Below, in pieces: positions 28,145 through 38,664 of a DNA stretch of 64,000 nt. Below the pieces are notes generated by a model. The model did no database searches, was not told where the DNA came from, and saw only the letters and a program-made list of their open reading frames with translations. How positions within the stretch are numbered: the first letter of the stretch is position 1; the number at the start of each line of letters is the position of its first letter. A program made the translations under genes and the position numbers. Source of the DNA: Gammaproteobacteria bacterium (GTDB lineage: Bacteria; Pseudomonadota; Gammaproteobacteria; UBA4575); contig CBDCTA010000022.1 of assembly GCA_965221955.1 (NCBI GenBank), positions 160,001-224,000 of the forward strand. Direction: 5' to 3'.

Positions 28145-29434
28145 GTGAGACTTAAACATTTCATGATTGCGGCAACAAGCGCAATCACATTATTCAGTTT
28201 TAGCACTGCAGCATTTGCAGGTGCAGTCACTTCTAAAGAAGAAATTGCTATTAGCACTACTGGTGGTGGTATCAAAATAAAATCCGATAACGGCAACTCG
28301 TTCCAATTGGGTGGCCGCATCATGTATGACATGGATTTTTTTGATGGATTATATAACTCAGGTTTTGCGCCTGGTGCAGACGAATTAGGTAATGATTCCT
28401 CAGAAGCCGAATTTCGTCGCACACGTCTAGAAATGAAAGGCTCTGTTGCTAAAACTTGGGGCTATAAGTTTGTTGTCGATGTTGATGAAGGTGAGGCCGA
28501 AATTGACACTGGTTACATAACTTATAAGGGCTTTAGTTTTGCAGATGTAGTGCTTGGACGTTTTAAAGCGCCTTTTGGGTTAGAAGAACTCACAAGTTCC
28601 AAGTGGATTTCAACCATAGAACGTTCTCCAACATCTGAAATTGGATTCTTAAACGGTAAACCTTCATTCCAATTAGGACTTAAAGGCCATACAGAGAACC
28701 TATTTTGGGGTACAAGCATCATTGATGAGGATAATGAAGATAGTGATGGCAAAGATTCATATAGCTTAGCGGGTCGCCTTGGTGGTCATTTTGCGGTTGG
28801 CGAAAATGGATTTGTTCACTTAGCAGGTTCATATGCGATGCGAGATTTTGGCGATGACGGCGAAAATCGATTCCGCACTCGTTTAGGTGTGCATACAACC
28901 GGTCGTGTAACAGCAGGGCGTTTTGGTGTTGATGATGCAGAGCAATATGGTTTAGAAGCTGCAGGCGTATTTGGCCCATTTTCTCTACAAGGCGAATACA
29001 GAATGGCTGAATTCGATGAGGGCGATGAATCAGCACCAGGTTCTGGTGTCAACAATAATGGGCGCACCGTTTCTGATGTAGACGTAGATGGTTATTATCT
29101 ACAAGCCAGTTATTTCTTAACTGGTGAGTCACGCGGTTACAAAGGTAAAGACGGAAAATTTGACAAAGTGAAACCTAAAGGTCCACGTGGAGCTTGGGAA
29201 CTTGTTGCTAAATACGAAGATGGTGAAGTCGATGCTGACGCAACACCTAGTGATGCAGAGTACGAATTACTTACACTTGGTGTGAATTGGTATGCAAACA
29301 ATAACCTCAAGTTTATGCTGAATTACCTCGATGCTGATACAGATAACTTTACCTCTATAAATGGGGATAGCTTAGATGTGGTAGGTGAAGAAGACGGCAA
29401 TGCTATTTCACTTCGCGCTCAATACGCATTCTAA
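28145..29434 (+). CDS. OprO/OprP-family phosphate-selective porin
   Basis: Signal peptide, FQLGGRIMYD, EFRRTRL, PFGLEELTSSK, SYFLTGESR, LGVNWY, C-terminal RAQYAF. Confidence 0.92.
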   Translation: MRLKHFMIAATSAITLFSFSTAAFAGAVTSKEEIAISTTGGGIKIKSDNGNSFQLGGRIMYDMDFFDGLYNSGFAPGADELGNDSSEAEFRRTRLEMKGSVAKTWGYKFVVDVDEGEAEIDTGYITYKGFSFADVVLGRFKAPFGLEELTSSKWISTIERSPTSEIGFLNGKPSFQLGLKGHTENLFWGTSIIDEDNEDSDGKDSYSLAGRLGGHFAVGENGFVHLAGSYAMRDFGDDGENRFRTRLGVHTTGRVTAGRFGVDDAEQYGLEAAGVFGPFSLQGEYRMAEFDEGDESAPGSGVNNNGRTVSDVDVDGYYLQASYFLTGESRGYKGKDGKFDKVKPKGPRGAWELVAKYEDGEVDADATPSDAEYELLTLGVNWYANNNLKFMLNYLDADTDNFTSINGDSLDVVGEEDGNAISLRAQYAF

Positions 29435-29461
29435 AAACTCTTAGTTACTCCTCTGAGTTTT

Positions 29462-29496
29462 AAAGGCCGTCTACTGAAAAGCAGATGGCCTTTTTT
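29462..29496 (+). terminator. Intrinsic terminator after the porin
   Basis: aaaggccgtct...agatggcctttttt. Confidence 0.75.
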
Positions 29497-29527
29497 ATGT
29501 TTCATTAATCTTTAAAAATATTTACTT

Positions 29528-30955
29528 ATGTATAACAAAAAATCAGTTTTATATTCTTTATTACTAAGTTTGAGTTTTTCACTAGTAATATCAAATGTTC
29601 AGGCTGAACCATTTTTAGACAGGATTTTGGTTTATCAACCTGATAGCAAATGCAAATCAACCGAAATCATAAGCATTCAGCAAAGCACTAAACGGTTGGT
29701 GTTGTCATGTAGTAGCGAAGGAATCGTAGAGCTCATATCAATTGAAGATCCATCTCTACCCATACCTTTAAATCAATTTAAAGTTTCGAGTGATGAAGAA
29801 ATAAGCGCGGTCACTTTTCACCCAACTGAAAACCTATTTGCAACAGCTGTAATCAATAATGATCCTTTTGCTGCAGGCAGTGTGCAAATACATAATGCAA
29901 GTACCGGCGAAATTACAAACACTTTTGCAGCTGGTGTTCATCCAGATGGAATAGCCTTTAGTCCAAATGGAAAATATTTAGTCGTCGCGAACGAAGGTGA
30001 AGCATATCACTACAACGGTAATGAATATGAATCACCTGAAGGTAGTGTCACATTTATTGAGTTTAGTAGCACAACTCACGCTAAAGCAACGCAATTAAAT
30101 CTATCTGATTATAGTGAAATTAAAGGCATGCTGAACAAAAGACATGCACGGAAATTTGAAAGAGTCGTAACAGGTGGAAACAATGACGACGAAATTAAGA
30201 TTTCTATTAAAGACAACACCCCCGCAAATACTGAGCCGGAATTCGTAACCTTTTCACCTGACAGCACCAAAGCTTATGTTTCTTTACAAGAAAATAATGG
30301 GGTTCTTGTAATTGATACCGCAAGCGCAAAAATTGAAAACGTATTTGGTTTAGGGACAACCACACATTTAGCTGATATTGACGACAATGCAAAAGTAAAG
30401 TTTAGTAAAAAAATAACTGCTCTACGCGAACCGGATGGTATTGATATCTCTCCTAATGGGAAATACTTGTTGACCGCTGACGAAGGCGATACGGTTCCTA
30501 AAGCTTCTAAAACTCTGGGCAAAAAACCTAAGGGTGGTGGACGTACATTAAGTGTATTTGATGCGTATAGCGGGAAACTTATTGCAGATACGGGAAATCA
30601 GCTTGACGAAATGGCGCATGCTGAAGGTTTGTACCCAGATGATCGCAGTGATAATAAAGGCTCTGAACCCGAAAATGTTATCAGTTTTGTAATCGAAAGC
30701 ATTCTCTATGCCGTGGTTGGTTTAGAACGTGCCAATGCACTTGCACTCGTGTCGCTTGAAAACCCTTTCCAACCAAAAGTCATAAACATTGAAGGAGTTG
30801 ACCCTAAGGCGGGTAAAGAAGGTCAGTACGCTCCTGAGGGATTAGCGCATTATGAATTTAATGGAAAACACTATATTTATAGCGCTAATGAAAAAAGTAG
30901 CACGATGACAGTAATGGAAATTAACTTAGACAAAGAGCATATAGCAGCTAACTAG
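29528..30955 (+). CDS. Secreted choice-of-anchor I family beta-propeller (alkaline-phosphatase-associated domain)
   Basis: Signal peptide; GVHPDG, VVANEGE, PEGSV, EPEFV, SLQENN, RSDNKGSEPE, VGLER, APEGL. Confidence 0.8.
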   Translation: MYNKKSVLYSLLLSLSFSLVISNVQAEPFLDRILVYQPDSKCKSTEIISIQQSTKRLVLSCSSEGIVELISIEDPSLPIPLNQFKVSSDEEISAVTFHPTENLFATAVINNDPFAAGSVQIHNASTGEITNTFAAGVHPDGIAFSPNGKYLVVANEGEAYHYNGNEYESPEGSVTFIEFSSTTHAKATQLNLSDYSEIKGMLNKRHARKFERVVTGGNNDDEIKISIKDNTPANTEPEFVTFSPDSTKAYVSLQENNGVLVIDTASAKIENVFGLGTTTHLADIDDNAKVKFSKKITALREPDGIDISPNGKYLLTADEGDTVPKASKTLGKKPKGGGRTLSVFDAYSGKLIADTGNQLDEMAHAEGLYPDDRSDNKGSEPENVISFVIESILYAVVGLERANALALVSLENPFQPKVINIEGVDPKAGKEGQYAPEGLAHYEFNGKHYIYSANEKSSTMTVMEINLDKEHIAAN

Positions 30956-30959
30956 ATCG

Positions 30960-31433
30960 CTATTGCAATTCAACTTGAAAAACTTGCTCTAATAATTTTT
31001 GGTTTTCAAAAAATATATAAAAACGATATTCGCCTGGCACCAACTCATAGTGCTGGGCGAACTCAAAAGCCATCGTATGTTGATAATCTAATTTAGATTC
31101 TTCCTGTAAAATTTCTATCTTATCAATATGCTCACCAGTGGAAGGATTAATCATGGTGGGAACATGATAAATAAGGTGCAAAGTAGGCTCACCGATGAAT
31201 CCTGCGCGAGATAACCAATAACGAACACCAAATTTTGCACCTAACTTAGCCTTAATATGAGTTGTCTTTTCTAATTCTCCACCGCTCGAAACTGTTTTAT
31301 CTCCTTCTTCATAGTTTTCAGCACCATGTGAGAAGATTCCATATTCAAAATCATAGATAGTTCTTTTTTCATTTGCAGTTACACTACAGGAAAGAAATAA
31401 CATCAGTATTACTATGTAGTTTATTTTTTTCAT
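30960..31433 (-). CDS. DUF3859-like secreted protein / lipoprotein
   Basis: FEYGIF...T.HIKAKLGAKFGVRY...ELVPGEYRF...LLEQVF pattern; hydrophobic leader ending LFLSC. Start is 31433 or 31460. Confidence 0.65.
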   Translation of the reverse strand: MKKINYIVILMLFLSCSVTANEKRTIYDFEYGIFSHGAENYEEGDKTVSSGGELEKTTHIKAKLGAKFGVRYWLSRAGFIGEPTLHLIYHVPTMINPSTGEHIDKIEILQEESKLDYQHTMAFEFAQHYELVPGEYRFYIFFENQKLLEQVFQVELQ

Positions 31434-31495
31434 ATAACTTGTTTTGGCTTTATTTATCATTAGTTATTACATGATACACTTTGTTAGCCGTAGTA

Positions 31496-31528
31496 CTTTA
31501 TTACAAAAATATTACATATTTGTTACAC
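31496..31528 (-). promoter_or_regulatory. Triple Pho-box-like array between the DUF3859-like gene and dgkA
   Basis: Minus strand gtgtaacaaat / atgtaatattt / ttgtaataaag; first two units nearly identical to the porin Pho box. Confidence 0.65.
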
Positions 31529-31534
31529 CTACGC

Positions 31535-31912
31535 ATGACATCCAATCATAACAAAGGCTTAACACGTATCTACTATGCATTTTTCTATTCTATGGCAGGC
31601 TTGGCGTCGGCATGGAAAAATGAAGCTGCATTTAGACAAGAATGTCTCGTAGCCATTATGCTCTTACCAATTTCATTTTGGCTTGGCCAAAATGCAACTC
31701 AAATTGGGCTATTAATTTTGTCCATCTTTATTGTGCTAATTGTAGAGTTATTAAATTCAGCCATAGAAACAACTATTGATCGAATTAGCGATGAACAACA
31801 TACGTTATCAAAGCAAGCTAAAGACATAGCTTCAGCGGCAGTATTTGTTAGCTTGCTATTATTCGTAGTAATTTGGGGTTTATTTATTTTATATCGTTTT
31901 AATCTTTTATAA
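31535..31912 (+). CDS. dgkA: Diacylglycerol kinase
   Basis: YSMAGL..AWKNEAAFRQE, VELLNSAIE..IDRIS, AKDIASAAV. Start placed at MTSN (31535). Confidence 0.95.
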   Translation: MTSNHNKGLTRIYYAFFYSMAGLASAWKNEAAFRQECLVAIMLLPISFWLGQNATQIGLLILSIFIVLIVELLNSAIETTIDRISDEQHTLSKQAKDIASAAVFVSLLLFVVIWGLFILYRFNLL

Positions 31913-32008
31913 ACGTCACCAATTAGATCTATCAGCTGACTAAAAGGTATGTTTATAGGCATTATTTCAAATATAATGGAGCCACCTGTAACGCTATTAA
32001 TATAAAAA

Positions 32009-34087
32009 ATGGATGAGCGTAATTTCAGCCTTGCTGAATACTACATCAACCGTGAGCTGAGCTTATTAAAGTTTAATTCACGCGTGCTCGAACAAGCTCG
32101 GGATAAATCCACACCTTTACTTGAAAGGCTGAAATTCTTATGTATCTCATGCACCAACTTAGATGAATTTTTTGAAATACGGGTTGGCGGAATTAAACAG
32201 CATATTGAGCTGAATATTGCTCACATTACTGCAGACCAACTCGGTCCTAGAGAATTACTCAAACAGATTCATACTGACGCCTCTACTTTAGTTGCTGAGC
32301 AATATCGTGTATTTAACGAAGAGATTCAGCCTGAACTTGAAGAACAAAATATACATTTCATTGCACGCGAGCAATGGAGCCATGAACAAGGTGCATGGTT
32401 GCGACAATATTTTATCGATGAGGTAGAACCTGTATTAAGCCCGCTTGGTTTAGACCCTGCGCACCCCTTTCCTCGAATTATTAATAAGGCACTTAATTTT
32501 ATTGTGCAACTTGAGGGTGAAGATGCGTTTGGGCGTCATGGACAACATGCCATCGTGCAAGCACCTAGATCATTACCACGTTTGATTCGTCTTCCGGATG
32601 AAATAACAGAACAAGATGGTGAAAGCTATGTGTTTTTGTCTTCAGTGCTGCACGCTTATGTAAATGAATTATTTGAAGGCCTTACTGTACGCGGTTGTTA
32701 TCAATTTAGACTCACTCGTAACAGTGATTTATTTTTAGATGATGAAGAAATTGATGACTTAATGCGCGCACTTGAAGGTGAGCTAGCCTCACGTCGATAT
32801 GGTGATTCTGTACGACTAGAAGTTGCCGATAATTGCCCCGAAGAACTAGTGTCGTATTTACTTCAACAATTTAAATTGTCTGCAGTAGATTTATATCGTG
32901 TAAATGGGCCCGTAAATTTAAATCGCTTAAGCCAAGCGTATGATCATGTTGATCGGCCCGATTTAAAATATCCGCCTTTTAGCGCCGGCCTACCTGAAAA
33001 CTTTAGTCACAACACAAATATTTTTAATTTGATTAAACAGGGTGATATTTTATTGCATCACCCCTATCAATCCTTTGCACCTGTAATTGATTTCGTACGT
33101 CAAGCAGCTGCAGATCCTAAAGTGCTTGCGATTAAACAAACACTTTATCGTACCGGGCCAAACTCACCGATTGTCGATCATTTAGTAGAAGCGGCAAAAG
33201 CAGGCAAAGAAGTGACAGTAGTAATTGAGTTGATGGCGCGCTTTGATGAGGCCGCGAATATTTCTCTTGCCAACCGATTACAAAAAGCCGGAGCACATGT
33301 AGTGTATGGCATTGTGGGCAAAAAAACCCATGGCAAAATGATTTTAATCGTACGCCGTGAAGAAAATCACCTATGCCGATATGCGCATTTCGGTACCGGC
33401 AACTATCATGAAAAAACTGCAAAACTATATACAGACTATGGGATGTTCACTTGCGACCCAGTGCTAACCTCAGATGCGCATGAAATATTTATGTCACTTA
33501 CAAGTTTCACTAAAGCACCAGTTTTAAAACAAACCTTGCAGGCGCCTTTCACTCTTTATAACACGTTCATTGAGCTTATCGAGCAAGAAATAGCATTTGC
33601 ACGCCAGAACAAGCCGGCACGTATTATTGCAAAAGTGAATGCATTAGTTGAGCCACAAATCATTAAAGCTCTATACCGTGCGTCTGCTGAGGGCGTAAAA
33701 ATACAACTTATCGTGCGTGGCACATGCTGTTTACGTCCAGGAATACTCGGTATCTCTGAAAATATTGAAGTACGCTCTATTGTTGGACGCTTTCTTGAAC
33801 ATACTCGTGTTTGCTATTTCCATAATGATGGGGATCCAAAAGTATTTTGTGCCAGTGCAGATTGGATGGATCGCAATTTTTTCAGGCGCGTAGAAGTAAG
33901 TTGGCCAATTAAAGACCCTTTAATTCGTAAACGCATCATCGAGGAACTAGAAATCTATTTAAGTGATAATCAACAAGCCTGGATCTTGCAAACAGACGGA
34001 AGTTATCAGCAGCCCATCACCTATGGACAAAACACGTGTAATGCACAGCAAACATTGCTAAATAAACATGCACGATCTAAATATTAG
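32009..34087 (+). CDS. ppk1: Polyphosphate kinase 1
   Basis: YINRELS, NLDEFFEIRV, LLHHPYQSF, KTHGK, GTGNYH, RFLEHTR, SADWMDRN. Confidence 0.97.
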   Translation: MDERNFSLAEYYINRELSLLKFNSRVLEQARDKSTPLLERLKFLCISCTNLDEFFEIRVGGIKQHIELNIAHITADQLGPRELLKQIHTDASTLVAEQYRVFNEEIQPELEEQNIHFIAREQWSHEQGAWLRQYFIDEVEPVLSPLGLDPAHPFPRIINKALNFIVQLEGEDAFGRHGQHAIVQAPRSLPRLIRLPDEITEQDGESYVFLSSVLHAYVNELFEGLTVRGCYQFRLTRNSDLFLDDEEIDDLMRALEGELASRRYGDSVRLEVADNCPEELVSYLLQQFKLSAVDLYRVNGPVNLNRLSQAYDHVDRPDLKYPPFSAGLPENFSHNTNIFNLIKQGDILLHHPYQSFAPVIDFVRQAAADPKVLAIKQTLYRTGPNSPIVDHLVEAAKAGKEVTVVIELMARFDEAANISLANRLQKAGAHVVYGIVGKKTHGKMILIVRREENHLCRYAHFGTGNYHEKTAKLYTDYGMFTCDPVLTSDAHEIFMSLTSFTKAPVLKQTLQAPFTLYNTFIELIEQEIAFARQNKPARIIAKVNALVEPQIIKALYRASAEGVKIQLIVRGTCCLRPGILGISENIEVRSIVGRFLEHTRVCYFHNDGDPKVFCASADWMDRNFFRRVEVSWPIKDPLIRKRIIEELEIYLSDNQQAWILQTDGSYQQPITYGQNTCNAQQTLLNKHARSKY

Positions 34088-34096
34088 TAATACCTT

Positions 34097-35627
34097 TTAA
34101 AAGTTAACTTTTACGCTTAAGACTTTAAGGTAATTTTGTTCTTGTTCCAGCTCTGCACCAGTAAGAGGATGGTTATCTAACCAGTTTTGATCAAACTGGA
34201 TTGCTAAAACTTCATCGTTATCGCGTATTTTTATTTCTGGAAGTTTTTTGGGTACACGGTCGCGGTGAATCAAAACTGCTATGCGTAATATCACAACCAT
34301 AAACATCGCCTGTTGTTGCCAACGTGAAGGCAGCTGATTAATCAGCTCGATGTTAATCTTGCGCCTGTGACTTCCTACTAAGCAGGCAAGTAATCGCTGC
34401 TCATTCCAAGAAAAACCCATCAGGTCACTATTTTCTAACAAGATAAGCACCGTGGCGATGGTACTTAGAGTGAGAGATATCTAAACCAATTTCATGCAAG
34501 TCTGCCGCCCAAATTAGAAATTGATAGGCAAGTTCATTATCAACTTTCCAGACTTTAGAAATTTTATCTAATAAATGCAGTGCAGTCGTTTTAATTTGTC
34601 CTGCATGATTAAAGTCAACATGGTAACGACGCATCAGTGAATACACTGTGCGGTCACGAGTGTCTTGATGATGGATTCTTCCGGCTAAATCAAACAACAA
34701 GCCTTCGCGCAAACCACCATCAGACGCTAACATTTTTTTGATTCCTAACTCTTCAAAGATTGCTTTCAATGCAACTAAGCCACCAGCAAAAACAGGTTTG
34801 CGCTCTTTGGCTAACGAGGCAAAATTTATATTATCTATATGCTCAGCAACTTGGAGTTTAGTAATCAATGTTTTGATACCCTTATAGGTAATCCCATTAT
34901 CACTTAATTCAAATTCACGCATCAATTCAGCAATAGTGCGTATCGTTCCTGCAGTGCCCACAACATATTTCCAGCCCAGCTCTTTTACATTTGCTTCAAT
35001 AGGTTGCATTTGGAGTTTTGCAGTAACGAGTGCTTTTTTAAATTTCTTTTTATCCAATTTCCCATCCGAAAAATATTTTTCACTCAGCATGACACAACCC
35101 ATTTGCACGCTTTCCATTAACAATGGTTCACCTTTCTCTCCCACAATCACTTCGGTACTTCCGCCGCCAATATCTACCACCAACCATTTTTCATCAGGGC
35201 CCGTAATAGCATGGATGGTGCCTTGATAAATTAAGCGTGCTTCCTCAACACCAGAGATAATTTGTATTGGGTGACCTAAGGCCTCTTCCCCACGTTGAAT
35301 GAACTCAGTACCATTTTTTGCAACGCGTAATGTATTCGTGCCCACTACACGTACCGAATCCGCATGCATTTCTTGTAAGCGCTGACCAAACTTTTGCAAA
35401 CACTCAATTCCACGTGCTTGTGATTCTTTTGAGAGTTTGCCAGAAGAATTTAGCCCTGCACCTAGACGCACCATTTCGCGCATACGGTCGATGATTTTGA
35501 GCTGCCCATGCTGATCTTGAGCCACTACCATATGAAAACTATTTGAACCGAGATCTACCGCAGCAATAACTGAAGAAGCTTTTGACGACAACTCGCCAGG
35601 ATAAGAAATGGGAGATGGGACTTCCAT
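34097..35627 (-). pseudogene. ppx: Exopolyphosphatase Ppx, split by a +1 frameshift near 34440 (probably a sequencing error)
   Basis: AAVDLGSNSFH, DIGGGSTE, LREGLL and LHEIG in 34428-35627; C-terminal ENSDLMGFS...HPLT..L..E in 34097-34450. Confidence 0.9.
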
Positions 35628-35690
35628 ATACGCAGTTTAGCGTACTAAATACTGTTGTCCGATAAAAGCGATTATTAAAGGTTTGATGAC

Positions 35691-36578
35691 TTATTTAGGC
35701 GGTAATAATGCACGTCCGCTACCATAATCCACTACAACACCTTTAGGAGTAATTTCTTCAACCAAGGGGCCATTATTTACAATACGATCACCCTCTTTAT
35801 ATTTATCCATATTAATTAATACAAACCGACGTATTGGATCCGTATCAAACACATGCACATTAACTTCATACTGATTCAAACTATTACGTGCACTCTCGGG
35901 CAAATCGCGTAAATTTGGCACACTACTTGATCTAGTTTGTAGATTAGGCGTTACAGACTCACCTTGGTCAATGAGTAGTTTTGGTTTTTCAGTAATTGGA
36001 ACTGCGTCATCAGCACTTAATTCAGTAGATGAAAACGAAACTTTACCTTTTTTAACGCTAGTGGAAGGTGCTGTCACAATATTTTGAGTTGCAGATGCCA
36101 TTGGCTTGGTATTCGTTTGCTTAGACTCATAAATTAATGGTCGATCCACTTCTGGACTTTGCGCACTGCCCACTTCCATCGCTAAAGGACGCGATTCTAT
36201 GGATTCTAGTGGTTGTATAGGCTCTGCTATTTCCGAATGAATTACCTGTTGATTGATATCTTTATTACTGGAGATTGAATTAGCTTGTTGAAATTGTTTT
36301 TGTGGAGACACAACATTGCTTGGTGAAACAATTTCTTGTGTGGCTATTTGCTTTTCAGCAGCGGCTATTTCAACTTCAGGTTCTCCATCACCAGTGATTG
36401 AACGAACAATTAAAAATATAATTAGAACATTCACTAATAAGCCTAGTCCTATCCATAACCAGATTCTCTTGGGATTATTTTTCTTAGACTTAACCGGATT
36501 AACAAATTTTAAATCCGGCTGTTTCTCGAGTTGACGCTCATGTTCGGCACGCGTCAAGGCATCAAGAATCATCGACAT
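35691..36578 (-). CDS. gspB: General secretion pathway protein B (GspB/ExeB)
   Basis: MSMILDALTRAEHER N-terminus, single TM, C-terminal VHVFDTDP..RFVLIN...EGD...EEITPKGVV. Confidence 0.85.
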   Translation of the reverse strand: MSMILDALTRAEHERQLEKQPDLKFVNPVKSKKNNPKRIWLWIGLGLLVNVLIIFLIVRSITGDGEPEVEIAAAEKQIATQEIVSPSNVVSPQKQFQQANSISSNKDINQQVIHSEIAEPIQPLESIESRPLAMEVGSAQSPEVDRPLIYESKQTNTKPMASATQNIVTAPSTSVKKGKVSFSSTELSADDAVPITEKPKLLIDQGESVTPNLQTRSSSVPNLRDLPESARNSLNQYEVNVHVFDTDPIRRFVLINMDKYKEGDRIVNNGPLVEEITPKGVVVDYGSGRALLPPK

Positions 36579-36596
36579 GTTTTCGTACCTATTGAA

Positions 36597-38324
36597 TTAA
36601 CTTGATTGCCGTAATAGCAAAGGTGTTGAGCGATCATTTACTGCTGAATTGATTTCAATCATTGTTTCGCGACCAGCAACACCATCTACATTGAGTCCAC
36701 GAACGCGTTGAAACTCCATCACTCGCCATTTTAGAGTGGGATCAAAAGATAAATTTTTCTTCTCATCTGTGGATATTGGCTTACCTTCAATACGGTCCAG
36801 TTGGTCTCGCAACCAAGCAACGTCTCTACCTATTAAACCTTCTTTCAAAACATTCGAGCCCGCAGGTGGTGGTCTCCAAAGTAACAAATAATTACCGTAC
36901 CAATATGGATCTACTGTATCTGTTGATGTAGTGGTTACTTTACCGCCAATATTTAAACTCACTTGATTGCCTTGCAACGCTAACACAACAATTTGCTTTC
37001 TTTTACCTACAGGATTAATCACTTCTATCACTGCAGGCCGGTTGTGCTGTCGAATTTCTTCCCAGCCCGCTTTACCAAAGATACAGCGTAAATTGGCAGC
37101 AGTAGCGCGCTCGCAAGCTGTGTCTCCTTTTAAATCCGCGTATGAAAGATCCCAATAACTAAACAAGGTAGCAAATGCCTTGCTATTATCAGCACGTACA
37201 TTTTCATCACTAATTAAGCTCGAAAAGCTAGCTTTATTTTGCTTTATGACTTCAGGCTTGGTTACTACTTGTGTTTCAGGTAATGCTACCGTTTCAGGTT
37301 CTAGAATAAGCGGCCTACTTTCAACGATAGCCTGAGAAGCTAAAGATTCTCTAACCACTTCATTTTCAGATTGCTTAACAACAATCTCGGTGTTGGTATT
37401 TGCATAACTTTCAGGTGAAGTACGTGGTAAAAAACCCCAAATCGACAACAACAATGCTGCTGCCCCGGCTGCAATTGCACCTCCTGCCACCCATTGCATA
37501 GGTTGAAATCGCTCAGCAGGTTGCAACACTTCACCTGCCGCTTTGCGTACCAGTCTCTTATCAATACGATGCACATTTTCTCCGTAAGCACCCATCATTG
37601 AGCGTTCACAAATATTATTTATTAAACGAGGCACGCCATCTGAAAGTTGGTGCACCACATTAACTGCACCACTAGTAAATAACTCACCTCTGAAACCTAC
37701 AATTTGTAAACGGTGCCTTATATAAGCTGCGGTTTCTTCTTTTGATAAAGGTGTTAAATGAAAACGCGCTGTAATTCTTTGTGTAAGTTGGCGTAACTCG
37801 GGTCGTGCCAATATCGCTTGTAGCTCAGGTTGACCGATTAAAATAATTTGTAAAAGTTTTTGCGTAGCAACTTCTAAATTGGTTAATAAACGAATTTGTT
37901 CCAGTACTTCTGCACGTAAATTTTGTGCTTCATCAATCACTAAAACGGTTCGCTTTCCCTGCGCGTGTTGTTTCAATAAATATAAATTTAAACGATCGAC
38001 TAAATACTTAAGACTGGTCGTTGATCTACGGTATGGAATATTGAGTTCATCGCAGATGGAAGCGATTAATTCGCGTGAACTTTGACGCGGGTTTAAAATC
38101 AGCGCTACGTTCACATGATCTGGCATTTGTTCCAGCACGCTGCGACACAACATGGTTTTACCGGTACCGACTTCACCAGTTAACAGAATAAACCCACCTG
38201 CTTCATCCGCCCCATATAACAAATGTGCTAAACCATCTCGATGCCGTGGCGTTAAATATAAAAAACGCGTATCCGGAGTGATCTGGAAGGGCTTATCTGA
38301 GATGCCAAAGAATTCTAAATACAT
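36597..38324 (-). CDS. exeA: ExeA/GspA AAA ATPase with peptidoglycan-binding domain
   Basis: MYLEFFG...PFQITPD, LTGEVGTGKT, IDEAQ, GQPEL, GVPRLIN; C-terminal FQ..GL.VDGVAG. Confidence 0.92.
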   Translation of the reverse strand: MYLEFFGISDKPFQITPDTRFLYLTPRHRDGLAHLLYGADEAGGFILLTGEVGTGKTMLCRSVLEQMPDHVNVALILNPRQSSRELIASICDELNIPYRRSTTSLKYLVDRLNLYLLKQHAQGKRTVLVIDEAQNLRAEVLEQIRLLTNLEVATQKLLQIILIGQPELQAILARPELRQLTQRITARFHLTPLSKEETAAYIRHRLQIVGFRGELFTSGAVNVVHQLSDGVPRLINNICERSMMGAYGENVHRIDKRLVRKAAGEVLQPAERFQPMQWVAGGAIAAGAAALLLSIWGFLPRTSPESYANTNTEIVVKQSENEVVRESLASQAIVESRPLILEPETVALPETQVVTKPEVIKQNKASFSSLISDENVRADNSKAFATLFSYWDLSYADLKGDTACERATAANLRCIFGKAGWEEIRQHNRPAVIEVINPVGKRKQIVVLALQGNQVSLNIGGKVTTTSTDTVDPYWYGNYLLLWRPPPAGSNVLKEGLIGRDVAWLRDQLDRIEGKPISTDEKKNLSFDPTLKWRVMEFQRVRGLNVDGVAGRETMIEINSAVNDRSTPLLLRQSS

Positions 38325-38505
38325 GTTCGATAGCTCATGCTGAATAACCGTTCATCTAGCATTTATAGAAAAACTCATTTTGCCAAAAATGCCAATCCTT
38401 AGCCGCATTAATATACGGGTTATAGAACAAATAAATACCATGTATAAACTGGTGTAATATTTAACTAGGTTTTATCGACATCACTTTAATGCTTCAATAT
38501 TGAAG

Positions 38506-38664
38506 ATGAGCGAATCTGCCAAATTACCTCCTAAACCCAAGCCTCCTGATCCCTATGAGTGCTGTGAACGCGGCTGTGACCCTTGTGTGTATGACTATTA
38601 TGCAAAGGCATTGAAACGCTGGGAGCAGCGCGTAGCCGAACTGCAGGAAAAGAAGGATGAATGA
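38506..38664 (+). CDS. Small oxidoreductase-like domain protein (52 aa, absent from the ORF track)
   Basis: MSESAKLPPKPKPPDPYECCERGCDPCVYDYYAKALKRWEQ... matches the P..P...ECC..GC.PCV.D.Y signature. Confidence 0.85.
   Translation: MSESAKLPPKPKPPDPYECCERGCDPCVYDYYAKALKRWEQRVAELQEKKDE

Noticed and set aside
34428-34450. Programmed ribosomal frameshift or phase variation in ppx
   Set aside because: No slippery heptamer or long homopolymer at the site; the assembly has other sporadic indels.
35691-38324. exeA/gspB without the rest of a T2SS
   Set aside because: exeAB are commonly unlinked from gspC-N in gammaproteobacteria.
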